DNA of 33,942 nucleotides, from positions 1 through 33,942 of IMG/VR virus record IMGVR_UViG_3300037584_004179; one strand, written 5' to 3'. Both the position numbers and the translations under genes were made by a program. Source of the DNA: a virus (taxonomy: Duplodnaviria > Caudoviricetes). How positions within the stretch are numbered: position 1 is the first letter of the stretch; each line of letters starts with the position of its first letter. The notes under the pieces were generated by a model. The model worked only from the letters and a program-made list of their open reading frames with translations. It was not told where the DNA came from and searched no databases. Below, in pieces: positions 7,903 to 16,070 of the stretch.

Positions 7903-7931
7903 TTGACATTTTAGTTAATTTAAATTATACA
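7903..7931 (+). promoter_or_regulatory. Sigma70-type promoter for the hairpin leader and 81-aa gene
   Basis: TTGACA-17 bp-TATACA (TACAAT 2 nt further on). Confidence 0.6.
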
Positions 7932-7944
7932 ATAATTGTCACAA

Positions 7945-7998
7945 ACCTCAAGTTAGCCAAATTGTTAACACCTATTTGCCTTTCCGCTAGCTTGAGGT
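7945..7998 (+). ncRNA. Structured leader or candidate small antisense RNA
   Basis: 13-bp stem ACCTCAAGTTAGC/GCTAGCTTGAGGT with one G-U pair and an inner CAAAT/ATTTG stem. It encloses AATTGTTAACA, and its 3' arm contains the GAGGT SD of the gene at 8009. Confidence 0.5.
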
Positions 7999-8008
7999 AT
8001 CATAAACA

Positions 8009-8254
8009 ATGTTTTATTTAGAAATGTTTTGCGCTATAACCGCCGTCATATCAATTTATATTTATGGTAATCAATCTTGGTACGCACCGCTTTTCGGTTT
8101 TTTCTCTCAAATATTTTGGATTGCCTGGTCAATATTAGGAGGTCATTTTCCTATGTTATTTTTGTCTGCAGCCATGATATTGACACATATGAGAAATTGC
8201 AAAAAAATGAATACTATACGAATGCTGAAACAAAAATTGTGCTTATATAAGTAG
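8009..8254 (+). CDS. Small 3-helix membrane protein, PnuC-like half-transporter appearance
   Basis: Three hydrophobic segments and a G..SQIFWI.W pattern; has its own promoter and SD. Confidence 0.65.
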   Translation: MFYLEMFCAITAVISIYIYGNQSWYAPLFGFFSQIFWIAWSILGGHFPMLFLSAAMILTHMRNCKKMNTIRMLKQKLCLYK

Positions 8255-8681
8255 TGGGAGTGTTTTTAACCACTTGTCGTAAATCATTTAAATCTTTTCT
8301 AAGTTTCTTTTTTTTAGGTGGAGGTGAAGACAACATTTTTTTGTAAATTTTGTCATAGTCAAACCATTTAAGTTGTCTAAGAGTAAAGCGCATATGTAAA
8401 TTTTTAAGAGCTTTTATGTAACACTCTTCTATATCATCAGGATCTAATCTACCCCAAGTGCAAACTAAATCAAAATCTCTTGTCCGTGACACAATCCAGT
8501 TATGAGCTTCTATCTTAATTAAAGATGGTTTTCTATCACTATGATCTATCATACAATCTTCAATTGCATTTATTACAACTGAACGCCATAATTTTTCTTC
8601 GGATTCTAATTTATCAACCGATAAGACACTTCTTGCAAAGCGTAATCCCATTTTTCTCATTAAAAGCGGTGATGGATTCAT
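8214..8681 (-). CDS. Conserved phage protein (155 aa)
   Basis: E.KLWRSV...AIED..A..W..DF..VC....DPD pattern seen in phage proteins of unknown, possibly regulatory, function. Confidence 0.75.
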   Translation of the reverse strand: MNPSPLLMRKMGLRFARSVLSVDKLESEEKLWRSVVINAIEDCMIDHSDRKPSLIKIEAHNWIVSRTRDFDLVCTWGRLDPDDIEECYIKALKNLHMRFTLRQLKWFDYDKIYKKMLSSPPPKKKKLRKDLNDLRQVVKNTPTTYISTIFVSAFV

Positions 8682-8923
8682 TAGTGCCCGTAAACCTGTA
8701 TTAATTCTGTAAGCACTGTGTAATATTTTTCTGTAAATTCTGCTAATTGAGGGTCTTTTGATTTTGAAAAAGAAACGTATTCGTTATATATACCATCGAT
8801 AAAATGCATACGATCCACAGCATCCATCGTTGAAGGATCTATAATTGTGTCATTGTCTCCACCAATTAACTCTTTCCAGTCAATCTTTTTGTCCATTTTT
8901 TTATGGTACTCCTTTTTATTCAT
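8681..8923 (-). CDS. Hypothetical protein (~80 aa)
   Basis: ORF coupled to neighbours; the ATG at 8923 is preferred. Confidence 0.7.
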   Translation of the reverse strand: MNKKEYHKKMDKKIDWKELIGGDNDTIIDPSTMDAVDRMHFIDGIYNEYVSFSKSKDPQLAEFTEKYYTVLTELIQVYGH

Positions 8924-9143
8924 TTTTACCACCCTTAACAAGGTTCAATTTTATTACATTTTCTTTTTGATCTGTTGTTCGATAATATTGATCTAATAAT
9001 TTTTGATACAAAGCGCTAGAATAGTTAAAATCTAGACCCATAGATGCACCATAAATGAAGTCCATTACTTTTTTAAAATCTTTTTTTGTCAAATTTTTAC
9101 TTAAAATTGACATAATTTCATCAGTTTTATTTAAATCACTCAC
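8916..9143 (-). CDS. Hypothetical protein (75 aa)
   Basis: GTG start with AGGAG SD; C-terminal NVIKL..VKGG motif. Confidence 0.75.
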   Translation of the reverse strand: MSDLNKTDEIMSILSKNLTKKDFKKVMDFIYGASMGLDFNYSSALYQKLLDQYYRTTDQKENVIKLNLVKGGKNE

Positions 9144-9161
9144 AAAGTCTCCTAGTTAAGG

Positions 9162-9491
9162 TTACTCCTGGCCCCTGTTCCGTGATTCTTGATACTTGAT
9201 ATTTCTACTTTTATACGTGGGTAACTGACTATCGCAGTTTGGGCACACGAACCTAAGGTTCTCGAGCCTATGATCTAGTTTTACACCATTTTTATGGTCT
9301 AAGACAAGTGTTAATTTTTTTCCTTGCCATTCTCCAGTATTACCGCAGGCAAAACACTCGTATGGTACTTTACCAGTTTTAATGACGCGCGTCTTAAGAC
9401 GATGTCTATTTCTATACTGAGAGTCTTTAATAAATAATTCTTTACAAGAGATACTGGTAAAACTATTCGCTGGTTTGTAATAACGAGGCAC
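9162..9491 (-). CDS. HNH-family endonuclease-like protein
   Basis: CFAC..LDHKNG..DHRLENLRFVCPNC. Confidence 0.85.
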   Translation of the reverse strand: MPRYYKPANSFTSISCKELFIKDSQYRNRHRLKTRVIKTGKVPYECFACGNTGEWQGKKLTLVLDHKNGVKLDHRLENLRFVCPNCDSQLPTYKSRNIKYQESRNRGQE

Positions 9492-9636
9492 GATTTTTAA
9501 TTTCTTGTAATTCCGTCATAGTATATCCAAATTGACTTTGTAATCGTTCAGTTGCATAACTAGGTCTTTGGATACATTTAATTAATAATTCTTTTTCTGC
9601 TTTTACAGCTAATCTAATGTAATCGTCTTCATTCAT
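9463..9636 (-). CDS. Hypothetical protein (57 aa)
   Basis: Hand-translated MNEDDYIRLAVKAEK...; TAATG overlap with the upstream gene. Confidence 0.6.
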   Translation of the reverse strand: MNEDDYIRLAVKAEKELLIKCIQRPSYATERLQSQFGYTMTELQEIKNRASLLQTSE

Positions 9637-9929
9637 TAATGCACCTGTTTACTTAATTCATGAATTTTTTCTCTTTCTACGCTAAATACTTTTTCTTTAT
9701 CTGACTTCGCATTTTTATTCATTATCATTTCAATCATAGCAAAAATACTATCAAGTGCTGCTTGTTTTGAAGGAGCACATTCTAATAGACCCTCAAGTGC
9801 AGCAAACAAACCACCTTTTAATAACGCCTCCGGATCATATTTTTTTGACATTTCAGCATATTTTCGTCCAAACTCTGTATATATTTCATGCATTTCTTCT
9901 GCCTTCATTTGTGTTTTTTTATTTTTCAT
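9636..9929 (-). CDS. Hypothetical protein (~97 aa, ECAP motif)
   Basis: The ATG at 9929 follows AGAAAGGT and is preferred over 9980. Confidence 0.75.
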   Translation of the reverse strand: MKNKKTQMKAEEMHEIYTEFGRKYAEMSKKYDPEALLKGGLFAALEGLLECAPSKQAALDSIFAMIEMIMNKNAKSDKEKVFSVEREKIHELSKQVH

Positions 9930-9954
9930 TTTATTTACCTTTCTTTTATTAATA

Positions 9955-10131
9955 TTAACACCAATATTGAACTTCATCATTGTAGTCTATTCTGCAATCA
10001 CCAACTGACCCTTCACCTTGACAGGCAGGACAAATGTGTGTGTTTTCAGCTGTAATAGGTTTATTATGATCAGTGCGAATATACCCATTACCTTTACATT
10101 CTTCACATATTATATCTTTTCGTCTACTCAT
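9955..10131 (-). CDS. DnaJ-type zinc-finger protein (58 aa)
   Basis: Hand-translated; two CxxCxGxG motifs (CEECKGNG, CPACQGEG) and GGAGG SD. Confidence 0.8.
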   Translation of the reverse strand: MSRRKDIICEECKGNGYIRTDHNKPITAENTHICPACQGEGSVGDCRIDYNDEVQYWC

Positions 10132-10370
10132 TTTTCCTCCTTATTAAACAAAAATTTATCCCAATCATTATATTTATATTTTCTTACCCAGTCGCTAGCC
10201 TTATTGCATTTAGCAGCACGAAATTTGCGAAATGGGTATTCTTTTTCGTAAACGTCTACAAGTTCAACAACAGCTGCTTTGCAATCACTAATCAATTGAT
10301 TTGGGTAATGTTTCATATACAGTTTATCATTAAGCTCAAACCATAGTGTAACAATGAACCAATCAAACAT
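10128..10370 (-). CDS. Hypothetical protein (80 aa)
   Basis: Coupled ORF with hydrophobic N-terminus and two Cys. Confidence 0.7.
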   Translation of the reverse strand: MFDWFIVTLWFELNDKLYMKHYPNQLISDCKAAVVELVDVYEKEYPFRKFRAAKCNKASDWVRKYKYNDWDKFLFNKEEK

Positions 10371-10569
10371 CGATACCTAAACTTTCTCGAGCTTTTTGAC
10401 GTATGATAAATGTCTTCTCATCATAGCAACCCCAACCTTGAACATCTTTCTTTGTTTCTTTTTCAAAAATCTCAACTTGTTCATCTATTTTCGCATAATC
10501 ACAAATTTCAACCTCACCATGCACATGTTCAAGTCCGTTTGCTAAAAAAAATATTACAATCCACTTCAT
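10363..10569 (-). CDS. Hypothetical protein (68 aa)
   Basis: Start MKWIVIFF at 10569 overlaps the upstream stop; hydrophobic N-terminus and two Cys. Confidence 0.7.
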   Translation of the reverse strand: MKWIVIFFLANGLEHVHGEVEICDYAKIDEQVEIFEKETKKDVQGWGCYDEKTFIIRQKARESLGIDV

Positions 10570-10829
10570 TCTACTTCTCTCGCAAAAACATATACAGAAT
10601 CGTCCCAGTTTTGACATTTGTGCACTGTTAACGCTTTCATCTTTTTACCATTATATTCGAACTGTGAATCCGTTATAATTTCAAGATCAAGTGGTATCGA
10701 TATATGAATACCTTTTCTGTAATCTTCATGCGCAAGAGACATGTCTAAATAACCTGTCCCATACTTTTTGTTATTAATAAAAGCTAAGTAAGGCGCCCAT
10801 CTTATCTGTTTCTTTTCTGCTTCAGTCAT
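10566..10829 (-). CDS. Hypothetical protein (87 aa)
   Basis: GGAGG SD and ATGA overlaps. Confidence 0.7.
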   Translation of the reverse strand: MTEAEKKQIRWAPYLAFINNKKYGTGYLDMSLAHEDYRKGIHISIPLDLEIITDSQFEYNGKKMKALTVHKCQNWDDSVYVFAREVE

Positions 10830-11020
10830 TTTTCCTCCAATAAAAGTTCTTTGTATTTTTTTTCTGGTAGTTTTTCTTTTTTAGCTTGAAAACTAATGTA
10901 ATCGTAAATTAATTTTTCAATGAATGCGCCAGGTGTTCTATATTTCTTTTTGCATAAACCTTTTAATAATGCATAATTTTCAGAACGCACTGCCACAGAT
11001 TTCCATTTATTTATGTCCAT
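10826..11020 (-). CDS. Small ribbon-helix-helix-like DNA-binding protein (64 aa)
   Basis: MDINKWKSVAVRSENYALLKGLC..RTPGAFIEKLI fits a strand-helix-helix pattern; the ATG at 11020 follows GGAGA. Confidence 0.65.
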   Translation of the reverse strand: MDINKWKSVAVRSENYALLKGLCKKKYRTPGAFIEKLIYDYISFQAKKEKLPEKKYKELLLEEK

Positions 11021-11033
11021 AATTTCTCCATTT

Positions 11034-11879
11034 CTAATCGTGACAAAAACATGTATCAGTTGCTTGATCAAACTCAAACAACTCAAGTTGATCTTTAGTG
11101 TTTTGTAGTAATTTAGCGTAGCTTGGTCTGTCTTTACGAAAGTATGCAGCACGATCATTTCCCGTGCCCATCTTCTTACTTTCTTGAGCTATCCACCAGT
11201 CAGCTAATTTAGGGTCTGATTTTATTATGTTTCTTATTGTGTTTGCACCTTTTAAAAAACATAAATCACAATTACCTTGTGGTGTTTTACCACCAATATT
11301 TGGTAAACGTAAATCAAAATCATTATCCTTCCAAAAATCAAAAACATCTTTCACTGCAATTTTAGCAGTATGCAAAGGTGCCTCTGTTTCCCATCTTTCT
11401 TTTTTATTACGATTTGATAATCTCGCAACTCTGTGCGGTTCATCATACCTTAAACCTATATAACTCATCCAATGTTCAAAACCTAAATGAAACATACAAT
11501 ATGCGCGCATAGGTTTTATTTTTAAATAAGATGTACAGTATCTTGTAACAGGGTTAGGTAAAAACCTTTTACTATCTATTAGTTTTTCATAAGGCTCACC
11601 ATTCCTTGCAGCTGTTTCGTAATCAACAATTTTTAAATGATTTTCTGCTTTGTCATCCCACTCCATCCACACAATAGGAACATCCCAACGTGTAGAACAC
11701 TCATGTACAAAATCTAAAGTTTGCGGCATTTCTTTACCAGTGTTAGCAAAACAAACTGGTAAATCTTTTGGTAGTTTATTATCAAAAGCATCTAATATTT
11801 TTCTTAACATAAAACCAGATGTTCTACCACCAGAAAAGTTTATAACACCAGGAGTTTCTAACAAAAAAGGGTTAGTCAT
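11034..11879 (-). CDS. PAPS-reductase / NinC-like adenine-nucleotide alpha-hydrolase
   Basis: FSGGRTSG PP-loop, ANTGKE, RYCT..LK, IGLRYDE..R, GNCDLCFLK and C-terminal CFC. Confidence 0.85.
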   Translation of the reverse strand: MTNPFLLETPGVINFSGGRTSGFMLRKILDAFDNKLPKDLPVCFANTGKEMPQTLDFVHECSTRWDVPIVWMEWDDKAENHLKIVDYETAARNGEPYEKLIDSKRFLPNPVTRYCTSYLKIKPMRAYCMFHLGFEHWMSYIGLRYDEPHRVARLSNRNKKERWETEAPLHTAKIAVKDVFDFWKDNDFDLRLPNIGGKTPQGNCDLCFLKGANTIRNIIKSDPKLADWWIAQESKKMGTGNDRAAYFRKDRPSYAKLLQNTKDQLELFEFDQATDTCFCHD

Positions 11880-12126
11880 CCTGGCCCCGTTTAGCTAAGT
11901 TTTCTGATTTTATCAAGGCTGCTGCCAAGTCTGTACCAAACATTTGATGCTCTACACCTGTGTCAGGACATTGATATATAATTTTTTTAAAATCTTTTAC
12001 GTGCTCAGCGACATCACCTTCATCATAAGGATCCCCCCTAAAATCAGTAGCTTCTACTTTTCTTAAGGCTGCTTCTATTTGTTGTAAAAAATTTATTGTT
12101 CTTTTTGATTTAATAAAAGTTTTCAT
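11872..12126 (-). CDS. Hypothetical protein (84 aa)
   Basis: ORF directly downstream of a promoter; apparently leaderless. Confidence 0.7.
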   Translation of the reverse strand: MKTFIKSKRTINFLQQIEAALRKVEATDFRGDPYDEGDVAEHVKDFKKIIYQCPDTGVEHQMFGTDLAAALIKSENLAKRGQDD

Positions 12127-12132
12127 ATCCTA

Positions 12133-12195
12133 AATATATAGGATATTGTGGGGTAGGTCAAGAAATATTGACAAAATATCAAAAAATTATATTAT
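12133..12195. promoter_or_regulatory. Back-to-back sigma70-type promoters
   Basis: Minus strand: TTGACC(12161-12156)-17-TATATT(12138-12133). Plus strand: TTGACA(12168)-16-TATTAT(12190). Confidence 0.65.
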
Positions 12196-12213
12196 ATTAT
12201 TAGGAGAAACGTG

Positions 12214-12381
12214 ATGAATGCACTAATTGCAGAAAAAATGGCGTTAGAAAATCAATGGAATCATATGTATCTAACTAGAGGTGTATATTCTGTTGATATG
12301 AAAGATCTGGAAGGAAAAATTGATCTTATAAAAGAAAAAATTATCCAGAAAGATATAGCTAATGCTAAAATAAATTACTAG
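12214..12381 (+). CDS. Hypothetical protein (55 aa)
   Basis: Hand-translated MNALIAEKMALENQWN...; AGGAG SD at 12202, own promoter, stop overlaps the polA stop. Confidence 0.7.
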   Translation: MNALIAEKMALENQWNHMYLTRGVYSVDMKDLEGKIDLIKEKIIQKDIANAKINY

Positions 12382-14249
12382 GAAGCTTCACCGAAGTCTT
12401 TTCCTATCGCTACGTCGACTACACTTGGAACTTTCAGTTTCACGCAACCCTCCATCACTCTCTTTATTTGACCTACATCTTCATCATCAGCTAAATTAAA
12501 ACATAATTCATCATGTATTTGTAAAATTGGAGTGAAACCATTCTTGTGACATTCAACCACTGCTTGTTTAGTTTGGTCCGCAGCTGAACCTTGTATTAGT
12601 CTGTTTAAAGCTTTGTACGTAAAAGCTCTTTTAATGTTGCTGGAGCCATATTTAGCAGAGGCGTTCTCAAATCGCTCGGGTGTATGTACGCCAAAATCTT
12701 TTGGTTCCCACATCTCAAAACGACATTTGCGACCTAATTTAGTCCTAATCACACCCTCTGAATTTGCTTTTTGCATACACCTGTCAGATAACATTTTTAC
12801 AAAAGGCGCTCTTTTATTATATTTATTAATTAACTCTTTTGCTTCATCAAAAGACACACCCAACATATTTGCTAATTTATTTTTTCCCATGCCATACATA
12901 AGACCAAGTCCAATTGTTTTAGCTTGTTTACGATCTATGCCAACAAGATCAGCGACAGTTTGATGAAAGTCTGCATCAGCGTTAGTATACGCTTCAACTA
13001 ACTCTTGACTACCCTCATAGCCCTCACCAATACTTGCAGCATAGTGAACAACAAGCCGTGGTTCTTGTTGCGAGTAATCAAAAGAACCCCACTTGCATCC
13101 ATCTTCCGGTAAAAACAAACCTCTTATCATAGGTCCAAACTCTTTATTACGAGCTGGTAACTGCTGCAGGTTAGGGTTTGACATACTTAATCGACCACTT
13201 ACAGTGCCACCAGAGTCATTACGAAGCTGCTGTATTTCTCCATGGATCCTACCTTTATGTTCATATTTCATTATCGAGTTAAGAAAGGTATTGTGAAATT
13301 TATTTATCTCTCTGGCTTCTACAATAAGTTTAGATATCTCTTGTTTAGAGTTCATCAACCAATTTTGTGTAAAACTAGGTTCTCCTGATTTTGGTGTCTT
13401 AGGATAGTCAATGCCTAATTTATCAAAAGCAAAACCTATTTGACGAGCTGCCCAAATATCAATATCTTTGCCGATTAGACTTTTAATTTTATGTAATACT
13501 TTTTTTTCTCTATCTACAAAACTATTCTTTAATTTTTCAGCGCGTTCAATGTCAACCCGTATACCCTGTGTTCTCATCTTTATAAGAATCGGCAGCAGAT
13601 TCTTTTCTAACTCCCATATAGTTTCTAAATTTTGTTGTCTTATTTCATGCTTAAACCTTTGCCATAAAAGGTACGTGAGCCGTGCATCCTGTTCCGCATA
13701 ATAACCTACATGTTCAGCTGGCAGTTTCCACATTTCCATCTTAGGATCAACACCATGTGCCTTAGCAGCTTCAATCAAGTCAGTTTCAGCTTTTAATTCT
13801 CCAATGTAATCTTTAGCTAACGCATTCAATTTATAAGTATATCTATTCTCATCTATTAGGGCGCCAGCTACCATAGTATCTATTATCTCACCCTTAACAT
13901 CGATACCATATGCTTGTAACCAACCTACATCGTATTGAGCATTATGAAAAATTTTAGTGCAAGGTAAACTACACACATCATGCATATACCTCATAACTTG
14001 TTCTTTAATTAAATTACCACCACCAAAATGACCAAAGGGGTAATACCCTTGCCAACCCTCAGTTGCTACAGCAAAACCTATTATCTCACCAGCCCCTGTA
14101 GCCCAACCAGCTCCAATACCTTTTGTTATACCATCATCTCTTGTTTCTAAATCTATAGCAATTTCTTTCGCATCAGATAAATCTCTGTAATCACTAGGAG
14201 CTGACCATATGTGTTTTTTAAAATTAAATGTTAGTTGTAAACTAGTCAT
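12378..14249 (-). CDS. polA: Family A DNA polymerase with 3'-5' exonuclease
   Basis: Exo motifs DLE, HNAQYD, YAEQD; polymerase motifs FDYSQQEPR, RKQAKTIGLGLMYG, QIHDEL. Confidence 0.97.
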   Translation of the reverse strand: MTSLQLTFNFKKHIWSAPSDYRDLSDAKEIAIDLETRDDGITKGIGAGWATGAGEIIGFAVATEGWQGYYPFGHFGGGNLIKEQVMRYMHDVCSLPCTKIFHNAQYDVGWLQAYGIDVKGEIIDTMVAGALIDENRYTYKLNALAKDYIGELKAETDLIEAAKAHGVDPKMEMWKLPAEHVGYYAEQDARLTYLLWQRFKHEIRQQNLETIWELEKNLLPILIKMRTQGIRVDIERAEKLKNSFVDREKKVLHKIKSLIGKDIDIWAARQIGFAFDKLGIDYPKTPKSGEPSFTQNWLMNSKQEISKLIVEAREINKFHNTFLNSIMKYEHKGRIHGEIQQLRNDSGGTVSGRLSMSNPNLQQLPARNKEFGPMIRGLFLPEDGCKWGSFDYSQQEPRLVVHYAASIGEGYEGSQELVEAYTNADADFHQTVADLVGIDRKQAKTIGLGLMYGMGKNKLANMLGVSFDEAKELINKYNKRAPFVKMLSDRCMQKANSEGVIRTKLGRKCRFEMWEPKDFGVHTPERFENASAKYGSSNIKRAFTYKALNRLIQGSAADQTKQAVVECHKNGFTPILQIHDELCFNLADDEDVGQIKRVMEGCVKLKVPSVVDVAIGKDFGEAS

Positions 14250-14442
14250 AATCTCTCTCGATAATCATTTCTAAATAATGAATTGCCTTTTGGATATCTT
14301 CTTTTCCATTTTTATTTTTATGCCTACAAACATACTTGATAACATTACCTTCTGCAAATAATAAATTGTTTTCATTGATAAATTTAGAAGGTTGTATTTT
14401 AAAACTTTTATAGTGCTTACCACCTTTTTCCCATATACTCAT
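14242..14442 (-). CDS. DUF3310 / SaV-like protein
   Basis: GGKHY..IQP..F.EGNVIKYVCR..KNG.EDI.KA.HY. Confidence 0.85.
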   Translation of the reverse strand: MSIWEKGGKHYKSFKIQPSKFINENNLLFAEGNVIKYVCRHKNKNGKEDIQKAIHYLEMIIERDYD

Positions 14443-16070
14443 TTTTTCTCCTGTAAGTAAACAAAGTAATCTGAACCAATAGGATAGTTATATTTATAGT
14501 CTGTGGATAAAATATGTAAAGTGTTTTTTGCCCTTGTTACACCTGTATAATAAACTCTCTTTTCATCGGACTTCTCAGATATATTTTTATTTCTAAAAGC
14601 AGATGGCCAATTAGTTTTTGAATATATCAACACATTATCCGCTTCACCACCTTTTACAGAATGTATTGTATCTATTATTATTTGAGGTTCTGCGTTAAGT
14701 TGCCTAGCTCCATATCTTTTTAATAATCTTATAAAGTAAGTTATTTGTTCAGGTTTAAAGTTACGTTGTAATATCTCCCACCATGGTTTATTTCTTGCTT
14801 CATCTGGTAAATCTAAACCACACCAATCTTTTAAACCTTTAAAATCATATTCTTGATAATCAGGTAAATCTTGCCAAAACTTATCCCTTCTAAAATTTAA
14901 ATCCTGTAAATCTCTAATATATTTATACATACCTTCAGCCTCTTTTTTATTTATCTTTTTATTTTTAGATATTTTTGTCCAAGCTTTTATAGCTGCCCAT
15001 TGTTTAATATCAAAGGATCTATTACCTCTATTATCCCCATAGTATAGACCGGCATCTTTAGCACACATTCTAAGTTCATTCACTGTTGTGTTTACTCTAC
15101 CAAGTATGTACCAAGTGCCTGGCAATTTACCTATTGGAACTTCGTTGAAATTTAAATATCTTTTTACAGCTCCATCTTTTTGTAAAGCTTCATAATCCTT
15201 TTCAACACTATCTAATATACCACGTCTTATTATTTGTGAGAAATGATGTATAGCTTCACCAAACCTCCTAGTTTTTCTTAGTATAACTTTGCGCCCTGGA
15301 AAATAAGTAGTAAAATATTTAGGGTCAGCTCCATTCCATTTATAAATACCTTGATCATCATCGCCAGCTAAATAAATTCTTTTTACCTTTGAACACATTT
15401 TATATATGACTGACCATTGTAAAGGTGTGAAGTCTTGGGCTTCATCTAAAATTAATATCTCCAGTGGAGGAAAGTCCACTTCATCAATCGCTCTTTCAAT
15501 CATATCTGTAAAATCTATAAAGCTATCTTTTTTATAATTTTCATAAGTGCTAATTTTTCTTAAAAATATATCTAGATTATCTCTTTTATAAGATTCTTTT
15601 TTATAAACTAAACGTGGATCCGTCATCATATTTCTTGCTTTGTCATAAATACCAAGAGACCAATCCTTATATGTAAAATTATCATCTGATAAACGACCAT
15701 CTGAAGATTTTATTATTTTAGCTTGAAGTGCATAATCAAGCATGCAATTTTTTGGATCAAAAACTTCTTCCTCAAAATAACGTCTACAATATTTATGCAG
15801 CGTTTTAAATCTTTGAAAGTCATCTTCTGTATATTCTGTAAAAGTTGCTAGAGCCCTATCCCGTGCTGTGTTTACAGCTTTGTTTGTAAACGATATGAAA
15901 GCTATGTCTTTTGGATGAATACCTTTTGCAAGATGTTTTTTTAAAACACGTTCAATTAATGTGTAAGTTTTACCTGTACCAGGTGGTCCGAATATTTTAA
16001 CTGTCTTTTTGTGTATCAGCTTGTGCTTGTGCAGGTCTGAATTTGTTGTGGTAGCTATCATCCATTTCAC
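14439..16070 (-). CDS. Superfamily 1 (UvrD/Rep-like) DNA helicase
   Basis: GPPGTGKT, SFTNKA, DEAQD, GDDDQ.IY, TIHSVKGGEAD and YTGVTRA. The exact start is uncertain (possibly 16061). Confidence 0.92.
   Translation of the reverse strand: MKWMIATTTNSDLHKHKLIHKKTVKIFGPPGTGKTYTLIERVLKKHLAKGIHPKDIAFISFTNKAVNTARDRALATFTEYTEDDFQRFKTLHKYCRRYFEEEVFDPKNCMLDYALQAKIIKSSDGRLSDDNFTYKDWSLGIYDKARNMMTDPRLVYKKESYKRDNLDIFLRKISTYENYKKDSFIDFTDMIERAIDEVDFPPLEILILDEAQDFTPLQWSVIYKMCSKVKRIYLAGDDDQGIYKWNGADPKYFTTYFPGRKVILRKTRRFGEAIHHFSQIIRRGILDSVEKDYEALQKDGAVKRYLNFNEVPIGKLPGTWYILGRVNTTVNELRMCAKDAGLYYGDNRGNRSFDIKQWAAIKAWTKISKNKKINKKEAEGMYKYIRDLQDLNFRRDKFWQDLPDYQEYDFKGLKDWCGLDLPDEARNKPWWEILQRNFKPEQITYFIRLLKRYGARQLNAEPQIIIDTIHSVKGGEADNVLIYSKTNWPSAFRNKNISEKSDEKRVYYTGVTRAKNTLHILSTDYKYNYPIGSDYFVYLQEKK

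Noticed and set aside
4528-7970. TGTTAACAATT as a CtrA box
   Set aside because: Only a TTAAC half-site is present; no copy has the TTAA-N7-TTAA spacing.
11034-11879. cysH auxiliary metabolic gene call
   Set aside because: It lacks the C-terminal ECGLH motif of true PAPS/APS reductases and resembles the phage NinC-like branch.
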